The position numbers and the translations under genes are program-made. A stretch of DNA of 64,000 nt from Tubulanus polymorphus (taxonomy: Eukaryota; Animalia; Nemertea): assembly GCF_964204645.1 (NCBI RefSeq), contig NC_134029.1:11744850-11808849 (forward strand). The letters are read 5' to 3'. The notes beneath the pieces are model-generated. The model was not told where the DNA came from and did no database searches. It was given only the letters and a program-made list of their open reading frames with translations. This document shows positions 51,335-62,454 of this stretch, piece after piece; position 1 is the first letter of the stretch, and every line of letters starts with the position of its first letter.

Positions 51335-52584
51335 TTAATTCATAACAATATCTAATTGTGAATTTACAATATTTAATTGCGCGTCAGATATAATATAAAT
51401 GTGCATTTTGAAATTTTTGATTCCTTTATTCTTTGTCATGAATAATTGTATTCCATCTTTAGTGTTCTGTAATTTTTTTCCAGAACCATGTAATGAATTA
51501 TCCTCTGTTGTTCTAAAATCTAACCATAATGCATATTTATTACCGGTATAATAATCAATTTGATTAATATTACAATTTTCAGATGATTTTACTTTTTCAT
51601 TCATAAAATGTTTTCTAATTTCTGGCCATTGATCAATCATTCTCATTCCTTGACAAAATATTTTATTTGCTATTCCTTCGATAGTTATTTCTACTTTTGT
51701 TATTTCAGGATTATAATAATTATCAACATTTATTGCGCCATTAGTATATGTTGCAATGGTAAAAAAAATATTAATATACCTTTAATAGATCTTCTTGGGA
51801 AGTTAATATTCTCATTAATAATTTCATCATTTGCATTAATAGTTACAGTTTTAAATTTATCAATATAATCATATAATAATGAAAATCCTTGATTGTATTG
51901 AGTTTGAATTATACTTGCAATATTTTCATCAGTTACTGTATCATATTCTAAACATATATTCGATAATTTATAACTCATATCTTTATTAACGCTAGATATT
52001 ACAATTTCATTTACAGGAGCAAATGTTATTTCGAATATAACGTCTTCTTGAATTGCGTATTTATATAAAGGTGCATTGTTATTTATCAATTCAAAGTCTA
52101 ATGGAATTTTATATTTGCTTCCATATATACTTTTTATCAATTTATCTACAGCATTAGTTAATATTGCATTATGCGCTTCTGATCTTAATTTATTTTGGTT
52201 TTCCGATTGAATGCCTTGAAATATCATATTATTTCTATTTTCTTTAGTTAACCATAAATCTTTATAATGCATAAATAAATTATAATCATCTAATGAGAAA
52301 ACTGTCTCTGGGCCAATCTTTATAGATAATTTTTTAATCAAATATCTTCCAACATTATCAACGACATAATTATTATCATTACCGATTACTTTTATATCGG
52401 CTGATAAATACATACTATTTGGAACATAAAAAGTATTTTGTGTTAATCTAGGAATTCTAACATATAAAGTTTCATCGGGATTAATATTTGAAGGATTATG
52501 AGTAATTATATGATGCGATCTTTCTGCTTTAATAGCATTAGATATTCTATGATTCTTAGAAGGATTGATATAACTCCCACTCAT
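51335..52584 (-). pseudogene. Major capsid protein (double jelly-roll, Polinton type), frameshifted
   Basis: ITHNPSNINPDETLYVRIP...YKLSNICLEYD...NINFPRRSIKGIL then YALWLDFRT...LHGSG...IISDAQLNI; size and position fit an MCP. Confidence 0.75.
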
Positions 52585-52603
52585 TTATTTAACAAAAAAT
52601 AAA

Positions 52604-54315
52604 TTATTTATTTTTTATCATGTTTACTAATCCAAAAATAATAGCACTTAAAACTGTAATTAAAAATAAAATAATATGTTCAGCAGCAAAGTTAATAATA
52701 TTCCCAGCAGATTTCAATATAAAACCAACAATTGATGCAATAACTCCTGGCAATGCTGCAGCAGATTTTTTAGATAGTTCCCATATTATGCTCATTATTA
52801 TGCTAAATATTTTGCTCATTTCTTTAAACCATCCTAAACTTTATCTTGTATAGAATTATTATCATTCGGGGGTTTATCCGGTTTATTGGGAGTAGGTGTA
52901 GATTTCAAAGCATTTGATATTGCTAAACCAATTGTTGTAAATACCATAGTTACAGATGTTAGAATTGAAAGAATTGTTATACCTTCTAACTTAAATAATA
53001 ATCTTATTCTGTCTTTTAATGATATTTCAGAATTTGGTTTAATCAACAAATCTTTAAAAATAACTTTAAATTTTTTAATATGATTAAGATCATATGATTT
53101 TAATAATGTATCTCTTTCTTCTTTCTGTAATTCTATATTATATTCTGAATCATCTATTTTTTTTACTAAAGCTAACTTTCTGCTTTCAAAATCAGCTTCC
53201 TCTATTACTTGATGATCTCTTTTTAATTCTAATTGTTTTAATTTTTCATTTGCATTAGCTAATTCTTTTTCTAACATGGTTATTTTAGAAAATCTCATCT
53301 TAATATTAGCAATTTCACCAACTGATTCTTGCATACCTTTAATTTCTCTACGTGCTTTTTCAGGAAATTCTTTTAATTCATCATCAGTTAAATCAAGTAA
53401 TCCTTTTTCTAGTAAAGATAGTATTCGATTTATTCCAGTTTCAGTACCGGGTGTATCTAAAATACTATTCATCTCTTCGTCAAATGAATGAACTGCATCA
53501 AACATTTTATCATAATGTTTCACTAATTCTAATTGATTTGAATCATTATCAATTTGTTGAATATCTCTTCTCGATGTTTCGGGTGTTGAAGATCTTAATT
53601 TATCTAATCGATTTGCAAAATCTTCATCAGTTTCTGGATCAACATCATTAGGATTTAAATTTGGATTTTTAAATGGTGAATATTTGTTTATATCAATATT
53701 AGGAATTGGTTCTTCTTTATTTATTCTTTCGAGTGCATTCCATATAATTCTGAGAAATTCTCTACCACCTTTTGAACCTTCAATTGTAGATAATGCTCGC
53801 ATTCCAGGTTCAAAAATATTTTCTTGACCCATTCTAGATAATTGAATTGATACAATTTTGTTATTTAAATTAACATTATAATACCATGAATCATTTTTAA
53901 ATTCTAAATTATTCGTGAAATATGGGTCATCTTTAAAAATTTGTTCTACAACATCTTCAGTATCAATTTCATCTATAACAACTTTTGGTAATAATTCGTT
54001 AACAATTGTATCTGTTACTCTAGATTTCATTTTATATAATTCCATAAGTTTATCAGGATATTTTTCTTGTTGTTCTACTAATAGTTCCATGAATTCTTTT
54101 CTTTCTGTTCTAGTTGAAATTCTACCACTTTCAGGAGCTTGTAAATATTTAATTAATTTTTCACGTAATTCGGAATTACTTCCATCATAATCATCATCAT
54201 AATCATCATCTTCACCTAAATTAGTATTATATTCTGGCTCATTACCGTCATTGAAACTTGTTTCACCAGGTTCATCTAAAGGGTCCAATGGAAAACCTTC
54301 TCCACCTTCTGCCAT
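52604..54315 (-). pseudogene. Large acidic/coiled-coil protein with about three C-terminal hydrophobic helices, broken near 52834
   Basis: 493-aa ORF ending GITILSILTSVTMVFTTIGLAI plus 71-aa ORF with AAALPGVIASIVGFIL and IILFLITVLSAIIFGLV. Confidence 0.7.
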
Positions 54316-54330
54316 TTACATAATAGAAAA

Positions 54331-55656
54331 TTAAAATTTGAAATATAATATTCCTCCGATTACAATTCCTATACAAGTTATAGCTAATTTAGTATTTTCA
54401 TGGGATTTATTATCATCATTTAGTTTAATTATATCATGTTGAATATTATCAGTTCTAATATTTTCTGATGTATTATAATCTTTTATTTTAGAATCATTAT
54501 TTAATTTAATATTATTAGTTTTAGTTTCTGTTGATTGAATATGTTTTTTATTTTTTTCACCTTCCATTAATCTTGGAGCAGTGATAATCTTTTTATTTAT
54601 ATCATTTAATCCAAATGAATTATTTATTGTTGCAGTTTTAATTAGATTATTATAACCAATTATGTTTCCCATCTTTAATACTAAATCATTAGAAATAATT
54701 AATAGATTAGGGCCTATACAATAATTTAATCTAATATGTGATTTATCTAAATAATTTTGATATCTTACAATGTTTTCTGGAATCGATCTATTTTTATCAT
54801 TATGAATGGAATCTTCAAATAAAACTTTGAATTGTTTCTGCGCATCGAATGAAGTGTTATCATTTCCAATTATTGGGGATCTTGTTTCAACTTGCGCACC
54901 TAAAATACATATCAAATAAGTTCTAATAGATTGATTTATTCTTTGTATACCAGCTTTAGTAAAACCTTCACCATTTTCTAAAATGAAATTAACCCAACCA
55001 TTATTGTTTTGTTGTTGTATATTATTATAATATTTTGGTAATTCATTCCAATTTAGTGTTCTTATATCTGAATCTGTCATTATTTTTCCAAATTCTTTAG
55101 TATACAATATTCCTAATCCACCCATTGTTCCAATTTTTGCTCTAAAATCTTTATTTGAGTTAATATTAAATTCATAACATATTTTATAAAACTTAGAAAA
55201 ATTAATATTATTATTCAATTCTTTAAAATATTTTGAACCTGGTAAAGGACATTCTAATTCATCTAATATCAATTTTATTTGAAAATAAGTATGAAATCTA
55301 AAAAGTGATAACATCAATGGTAAACTTGGTTTGTTTAAATGATCATTCCAACTAATTCCACATCCTGTTGTTGCACAATAAACAGCAAAATTTAATTGGT
55401 TCTGCCAATACTTCATATTAGATTTTAATAACCATTGTTTTGCCTCATTTAAATTTTTGAAATTAATTGTATACACATGAAATATATTTTCCATCTTTAC
55501 ATGAAAATTATTACTTTCAGTAACATAAATATATAAATCAATTAATGAATTTAAAACTTCATTTCTATATGTAATATCTTTATTAAAATCTATTGCTGGG
55601 ATATTATATTTAATTGATTTATTATATTGGAAAGCTTTTGGAAAACTATCTGCCAT
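54331..55656 (-). CDS. 441-aa conserved Polinton protein with C-terminal transmembrane anchor
   Basis: Intact ORF, YWQNQLNFAVYCATTGCGIS motif, C-terminal LAITCIGIVIGGILYF; decayed homolog at 8415-9527. Confidence 0.8.
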   Translation of the reverse strand: MADSFPKAFQYNKSIKYNIPAIDFNKDITYRNEVLNSLIDLYIYVTESNNFHVKMENIFHVYTINFKNLNEAKQWLLKSNMKYWQNQLNFAVYCATTGCGISWNDHLNKPSLPLMLSLFRFHTYFQIKLILDELECPLPGSKYFKELNNNINFSKFYKICYEFNINSNKDFRAKIGTMGGLGILYTKEFGKIMTDSDIRTLNWNELPKYYNNIQQQNNNGWVNFILENGEGFTKAGIQRINQSIRTYLICILGAQVETRSPIIGNDNTSFDAQKQFKVLFEDSIHNDKNRSIPENIVRYQNYLDKSHIRLNYCIGPNLLIISNDLVLKMGNIIGYNNLIKTATINNSFGLNDINKKIITAPRLMEGEKNKKHIQSTETKTNNIKLNNDSKIKDYNTSENIRTDNIQHDIIKLNDDNKSHENTKLAITCIGIVIGGILYFKF

Positions 55657-55672
55657 TTATATAATTAAAAAA

Positions 55673-56107
55673 TTAATAATTTATTAATTCTTTTAATAAT
55701 TTATCTTGTTCTTCAACTGTTATATGACCATTTAAACTTATTATATAATCTAGTGTGTTCTTTAATTTATTAATTTCTTTTATATTAGTTTTAATTTTTT
55801 CTTTATTACTTTTTATATTTAATTTTGAACTTATACCAGTTAAAACACTTGAACTTAATCCTAATACACCAATTGATATAGCTAAAGGCGTTAATGGACT
55901 GAATATTGCTAGAAATGTTATTACAGAACTAATTGTAACTGAACCACTTATAATCAAATAATATATAATTTTACTTTTTAAATATTTTTTCTTTTTTATC
56001 TTTAAATCATTTTCAAATTCTAATATTTGTTTTTCTAAATATGTTTTTAATTTAGTTTTATTTATATCATGAGGAATAATATCAATATTATCAACTTTAT
56101 CTTCCAT
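55673..56107 (-). CDS. 144-aa coiled-coil protein with two-helix membrane hairpin
   Basis: IIYYLIISGSVTISSVITFLAIF-SP-LAISIGVLGLSSSVLTGI. Confidence 0.75.
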   Translation of the reverse strand: MEDKVDNIDIIPHDINKTKLKTYLEKQILEFENDLKIKKKKYLKSKIIYYLIISGSVTISSVITFLAIFSPLTPLAISIGVLGLSSSVLTGISSKLNIKSNKEKIKTNIKEINKLKNTLDYIISLNGHITVEEQDKLLKELINY

Positions 56108-56128
56108 TTATTTAGCAAAAAAAAATTA

Positions 56129-56551
56129 CTAATTAGTAAACTTATAAGCAACAAATATAACAATAACAGTTCCGCCTAAAATCCAAATTATTTCATATTT
56201 CTTCTGTTCATTACTTGGGGTATAATAATCTGATAATTTAGGTTTGTATAGATGTAATTTTTCTTTATTGGATACTGCGTTATATAAACTCATTGCATCA
56301 TCGACTGATTGAAAATCTCTATGTGAAATCTTCTGATCATATAATTCCTTGTTAATATAATCCATATAGTTTTGTCGTTTTTCTCTATATTCTTCTGCTG
56401 CTTTATTGTATTTCTCTAATGCTAAGTTATGTCTTTTTTGTTCTGTTAATGATCCATTTTTATCAATATGTTTTATTAAATAACCACCACCAGTAAATGC
56501 TAAAGCGTTAACAATTGCCGATCCTATAATAGTTATAATTGCAGAAGCCAT
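56129..56551 (-). CDS. 140-aa protein with N- and C-terminal hydrophobic segments
   Basis: MASAIITIIGSAIVNALAFTGGG...IIWILGGTVIVIFVAY; homolog at ~9983-10401. Confidence 0.78.
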   Translation of the reverse strand: MASAIITIIGSAIVNALAFTGGGYLIKHIDKNGSLTEQKRHNLALEKYNKAAEEYREKRQNYMDYINKELYDQKISHRDFQSVDDAMSLYNAVSNKEKLHLYKPKLSDYYTPSNEQKKYEIIWILGGTVIVIFVAYKFTN

Positions 56552-56575
56552 TTATTTAGTAAAATAATTACGCAT

Positions 56576-56797
56576 TTATATGGGAGTAATATATTTTTGT
56601 TTTTCCAAATAATCAATAGTTAAATTAGATAAAGTAACTGCTAATGTTAATTTAAAAATATCATTTATATCAAATCTATCAACATTAACACTTCCCATTT
56701 TTAATACCTTTTTTAATACCATTGAATAACCAACAGTTCCAACTGATAATAATGCTCCATTATATAATCCAGTTATTATCCACTTATTATCACTCAT
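56576..56797 (-). CDS. 73-aa small hydrophobic protein
   Basis: TAAATG start; homolog at ~10426-10662. Confidence 0.7.
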   Translation of the reverse strand: MSDNKWIITGLYNGALLSVGTVGYSMVLKKVLKMGSVNVDRFDINDIFKLTLAVTLSNLTIDYLEKQKYITPI

Positions 56798-56831
56798 TTA
56801 TTTATCAAAAAAAATTACTATCATCAAAATA

Positions 56832-57155
56832 TTAAGTTATCTTATTTATGATTATTTCAACATTTATTTCATTACTAGTTTCATTTGTATATATTTCAAT
56901 TATTATTTTTTTAATATCATCGATGATAAAATCTTCATCTAATTCATAAAATCTTAAAGATTCTCTAATTAAATTAGTAATCTTTTCTACATTAAAAGTT
57001 ACTTTATCTATTGTTGTTTCATACTCAAATGTTGTTTCATTAGAATATGCAATATTTTTAATATGTGTAATTACATCATTAACGTTAAATTTCATTTCTT
57101 TCTCATGTTTAAAATCAAACCCAAAACATATACTCGGCCCAACAGTTATATTCAT
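56832..57155 (-). CDS. 107-aa hypothetical protein
   Basis: TAAATG start; internally deleted homolog at ~10700-10856. Confidence 0.65.
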   Translation of the reverse strand: MNITVGPSICFGFDFKHEKEMKFNVNDVITHIKNIAYSNETTFEYETTIDKVTFNVEKITNLIRESLRFYELDEDFIIDDIKKIIIEIYTNETSNEINVEIIINKIT

Positions 57156-57171
57156 TTATATAGTGAAAAAA

Positions 57172-57927
57172 TTACTCTTTACATCTTATAACTAATTCAT
57201 AAATTACAGGGAAATTATTTAAATCAATTAAATAACCATTATGATTTCTTATTTCTAATTTAAAATTATTAAATTTAGGAATGCAAGGTTTAAAATCACA
57301 TTCTGTTAAATTATAATTTATTTGAGTTCCAAATTGTTTAACATTTTTTAGCGGTAAAATATTTAGTATACTAGAACTACAAATTGTTTCTTTAGTTGCT
57401 TCGAAAGTTTTTGTAGGCTCGATTAAATTGCAATAAATATAAAAGTGCGTTAATGGTATTATATTTGAGCTGCCTTCTGCGTTTCCAGTAACTGTAAGAG
57501 GTTTAATTCCTAACATTTTAGCCAGTGGTTTGTTTACCATAAATTTATGTTGTTCATTAGATATCTTTATTCTAATTTTATTAGTACTATCAATTTTATT
57601 AAATTTAATTTCAAATACAGAAGTGCCCCCGATTTTCAACCGAGCTCTTCTATTAATTTCCTGCGCTAATGATTCTAAATTATATAATCCTGGTTTTAAA
57701 AATATATGAAACCATTTATCTTTATTTCTCATATAAATCATAAACCCTCTATGTTCAAAAGTTTTATCCGAAATATTATAAAAAGAATTACATAAACTTA
57801 TATTTACTAATTTTAAATCTACACAATTCTTGAATTCTCTATCTAATTGAACTAGTAAATTATGTGATTTATAATCTGTAAGTCTTCTAGAATCAACAAA
57901 TATTCTGTATTCGTTTAATTCTACCAT
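57172..57927 (-). CDS. Minor capsid (penton-like, single jelly-roll) protein
   Basis: IFVDSR, NSFYNI, PGLYN, FYIYCNLI, LEIRNHNG..IDLN motifs typical of Polinton mCP. Confidence 0.8.
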   Translation of the reverse strand: MVELNEYRIFVDSRRLTDYKSHNLLVQLDREFKNCVDLKLVNISLCNSFYNISDKTFEHRGFMIYMRNKDKWFHIFLKPGLYNLESLAQEINRRARLKIGGTSVFEIKFNKIDSTNKIRIKISNEQHKFMVNKPLAKMLGIKPLTVTGNAEGSSNIIPLTHFYIYCNLIEPTKTFEATKETICSSSILNILPLKNVKQFGTQINYNLTECDFKPCIPKFNNFKLEIRNHNGYLIDLNNFPVIYELVIRCKE

Positions 57928-57944
57928 TTATTTTACATATTTTC

Positions 57945-58298
57945 TTATTCGAAATCTATTTCATGATGCCCTTTTTCATTCTTACCTTTGTATACGAAAT
58001 AGAAATCTCCAGAACATAATTCTTCTAAGTCTTCACTTGATAATCTATGAAATCTATCCGGTAAATATGTTCTGAATTTATGTGTATTTCCTTTTAATCC
58101 TTCATATTCTAAGTGTATAACTAATTTATCTCCATAGTTATTAGTAACTGTAACAATATCTGTAATTAGATATTTCTTATGGATTGTTAATTCTGTTAAC
58201 TTTTTGAATTTATAATCTACAGATTTTACATTTGTGATATCTTTAATTCTATCTAGAAATGATTTGTTGTTCTCACTGTGTGTTTGTTTACTCTCCAT
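57945..58298 (-). CDS. 117-aa protein, putative OB-fold ssDNA-binding
   Basis: Beta-rich, YG..LV..L...F..YLP.RF and YKG motifs; intact in both copies; function inferred. Confidence 0.65.
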   Translation of the reverse strand: MESKQTHSENNKSFLDRIKDITNVKSVDYKFKKLTELTIHKKYLITDIVTVTNNYGDKLVIHLEYEGLKGNTHKFRTYLPDRFHRLSSEDLEELCSGDFYFVYKGKNEKGHHEIDFE

Positions 58299-58327
58299 TT
58301 ATAATACATATTTTTATTAAAATTTGA

Positions 58328-61300
58328 TTAACACGTTAGAATTCTTTTCATTATCTCGTTCTCTTTTGTTTCTTCTCTTTTAAATTTTAAGTATTCATCT
58401 AAATTACAACCATAAGCAACTGTATGAATTCCATCATCCAGAATATATCTTTTATCATCAAATGGGTTTAGACTAATCTTTTCAATTTCTTCAATAAACA
58501 TTTCATGATCTTCAGATCCTAAACATCTCATCTTATGTTTTCTAACTTCTTCATTGAATATACAATTGATGTAATCTTTGAAATGAATATTCTTTTCTAC
58601 TACACTTTTGGTTATTCCTTTTAACTTTTTAGCTTCATGTTCTTTAGTTTTATATGAATACATTTTAGATCTAATACCAATGAACTCTATCATTTCTTCA
58701 CCACCTAATTCATCTTTGAATTTACCAGGAACTTTTTTATTATCATTGCTAAACAATTCATGATTTTTAGGATAGTTAGTGAAATCAAAATGATGTTTTA
58801 ATGTTTTCAAATCATCTGTTATGTTATCAGTTTTTATCTTTAATATGTAAGAATCTGTATCAAAATATAGTATTTCTATATGTTTTTCTCCAAAAAGTGG
58901 TTGTAATACATTATAATAGAATTCATACATTAGTAATTTTGATAATTCTAAAACTGATGCGCCAACATAGATTGGTTTATTAAATTTCATTGATGTTCTT
59001 CTCATCTTAACTGCAGCTAAATTTTCATCAAATATTCTGTTACCATTGAACTTAGGATATTTTTGTAAATGTCTAATTCTTTTACCATTACTAACTAACT
59101 CAATATCATTTCTATTTCTAATATTTTCACAAGTCTTACCATAGAATGCATTATTCATTAACTTGAAGAAATCTTTTTCGAAATCAGTTTTAGCTTCAGT
59201 TCTCTGTTTGGTGTTAAAATCTATATATTTTTCTAACCACTTAGATTGGCTGAATGAAATATATCTATGTACTTTTTTTAGAACCATTCCTTGTTTTAGA
59301 TAAAACTTTAACATTCTATAATGTACTACATAATTATATTTATCTTCTTGAGTTACCATTAACTTTTCTGTATGAATATGATTTTCGGGTTTAATTCTTT
59401 TTTGGTAATTTGATAATTCTTCATGAGTTACAGTTTTATGTTCGGGACAGTAAGCTAGATTTCTAGATTTAAATTTAATATGTTCAGGATATTCCAAGTC
59501 TACAACAAAGAAGTAACCAGTATCTGAATCATCTGCAATATCTAGGATTCTTTTCTTCCAATCAAATTTATCATTATTTTCATTCTGTAAAACTTCACTT
59601 ATTTCAAATACTCCATAAGGTTGTGGTTCCATCATTGCCCAACCATATAGATTATTTGCATCTATATATAATAACTTATATCCAGGGTTATCATTTACAT
59701 TGAAATATCTATCCCCTAATACACCTGAAACTCCTCCTCTTATAGATTTTTCAAATAATGATAATTGATCTATATTTGTTAACAAATCCATTTTTATATC
59801 TGTAAATTTTAATCCACAATCCCATGTTAATCCTGGTGATGAATAATTATGACAAGGATCAATATTAAAATATTTTAGGTTTACATCTCTAAACCTTTCG
59901 AATATATCAGTTAATAATAATACATCTGATTTTAAATATAAATCTACTAATTGTCCATGATTTTCTATTTTGAAGTGATTCCAAATATTCAATGTTCTAT
60001 TATATACTTCATCTTTAACATATTCATTTTTTAATTCATCATAGAATTGTTCTTTCAATAATTCAGTTATGTTAAAATCATTATGTGATTTATAGAAAGA
60101 ATATGGAATTGCTCCTTTATATCTCATTAATTTAAAATCATCATTATTTGGATAGTGTTGTTTTAATATTTTTAATTCATCATCAACTAATGATTTTGAT
60201 AAGTTATCTAATGAACTATTTAAAAATCTATATGAATCTATAAATCTTAGACACCCAAATTGGAATGATATATAATTCTCAGATGTTTTAGCTAACATTC
60301 TTAATTTATAAGTTGTTATCTTTTGGTCTATTTGAATTTAATCGTTCTATTTCATTATTGATTTCTTCTATTTTATGACATAACTGTTTGATGAATAAAT
60401 GAGCATCATATCCTGATAAATTATGAAATATTACTGGTACAAAATTAATTTTCTTAGCTTGTAAGTTACAATTCTCATGTGCGGCGCCTCTAAACTTTCC
60501 GTTCAAATGATCATGGTCTCTTACTTTTTTATCTTTATAATTAAATATCTTTTCACAATAATAACATTTATCTGCAAACGCAAATGCTTCTTTATCTTCT
60601 TCTGTCATTATAATTTCTATATTTGTATTCAATAATTTACTAAATCTTATTTCATATTCAATTAATAAGTCACAAAAATGATTGATAACATTTTCATTTC
60701 TGTAATTATAATATTCACTTTCAATTAGTTCTGGATAATCAGATTTTATATATAACCCGAAAGCAGCAGCTGATTGATGAATCTTTTTAATAGTATTTGT
60801 TATTGGTGGTTCATCTGAAAAATCATTTTCATTAGGATTTAATTTCTTTCTTTTATAATATATTTCTTTTCTATCTTGATCAGTTAGTTCTTTATTCAAT
60901 GATTCAAAATCTCCATATATTACAAATGGTACTTTATTTTTGTAATCATATTTTTTGAATTCTAATATTTTATCTTTTTCATTTGGTAAAACTAATTTAC
61001 AATAATCATGATTTTCACATAATTGTTTATGATTTAATAATGTACTTTCATTACTGAATCTATGTAAACATTTTCTACAAAGATATATTTTATGGTGATC
61101 ACTTTCTGATTTAAAAAATAAATCGATTTGTTTAATCCACATATAATGATTCTCATAATATAGTATATCTATAACATCGTTTGAATCATAATCTTTTGAT
61201 AGATATAAAGGTTCTAATGTATAATGTTTTATATTGTTACCTTTTGTATTTGGTAATTTGATTAAATCAAATACATTTATCTTTATATTATTATCTCTTT

Positions 61301-62308
61301 CTATTTTTGGGATGTTTTTAATTATAACAGGATACTTATCTATCATATAATTATTTTCAAATGGTTTATAATGAGTTAATCTACAAATATTATAAGTTGC
61401 AGGATGTAAACAACTTATTATAGCCCATAGAAAACATTTATCATCTTCATTTTGTACATTTATAACAGCATTAGTTTTAAATGGTAGTTTAATATAACCC
61501 GATGCTTCAATATCTGGTTCTTTATAATATGATACATTATTTTCATCAATTGGTTTTGATTTAGTTAACTTATTATATTTTGTGTTATAAACATGTTAAG
61601 TCATAAATATTATTTCATCAAATATTAAACCAGATCCATCAAAACATTTCTCTTCTATTTTAGTTTTTACTTCATTATAACATTTATCTAATTTATCATC
61701 TATATGTTGTTTTGAAATAATATGTTGTGAATGAGAATTTATATTATATATTGGTTTATCTTCAGATTTTATAAACTTTACTTTAACTGATATACTAATT
61801 TTAGGATATTCAACATCTGTAATTATTTTCATTATTTCTTTCATATTTTCTAAATGTTTTTTATTTTCTTCTAATGTTTTTCCTTTATGAAATTTAAACT
61901 CGGTAGATCTTTTTTATCTAATGAATTAATATAATTTCTTACATGTTCCATGTATGGTCTTTTATTGTTTAATTTATTTTTTATGCTTTTAATTGTCTTC
62001 TGTTTCTTATCATTATCTTTATCAAAATAATCTTCACCTAAAATATCATTATTCTTATTTCTAATATGACTTTTAGATTTTAAATGTTCTTTATAATATC
62101 TTTTATCACTGAATGATTGATAACATGTATCACATTTGTATGTTTCTTTTTCATTCTTTAATTCATCTAATTTAGTTTCTAATATATCATCTTCATATTC
62201 TAATTTCAATTTATTCTGTAAATGTGTTTTAGTTTTATTGTGTCTTGCTTTTTGGGATTTATCTATATTGATATTACATGTTGGACATTAGTACTTATTT
62301 GCTTCCAT
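58328..62308 (-). pseudogene. polB: Protein-primed family B DNA polymerase with N-terminal zinc fingers, OTU-like segment and endonuclease VII-like insertion; several stops/frameshifts
   Basis: YGDFES, FHNLSGYD, FIDSYRF, YIDANNLYG, KLMNNAFYGK, YFDTDS, KLKGI; CYYC...VRDHDHLNGKFRGAAHENCN; NEDDKCFLWA. Confidence 0.95.
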
Positions 62309-62454
62309 TTTAATACTAAATTTTTTTTTTAAATTGATTTTAGAAGTTCAATGATTTATATCATGTACTATTTCAATCACACTTTACTAACACTTTTAAT
62401 GTTTAAAAATCTAACTCATACAAATATGAATATTGAAATAATGTTGTAAATATA

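Noticed and set aside
38279-62308. Prokaryotic phage or operon with stop-start translational coupling
   Set aside because: No Shine-Dalgarno pattern, most TAAATG are not the upstream stop codon, and the context is intron-containing eukaryotic transposons
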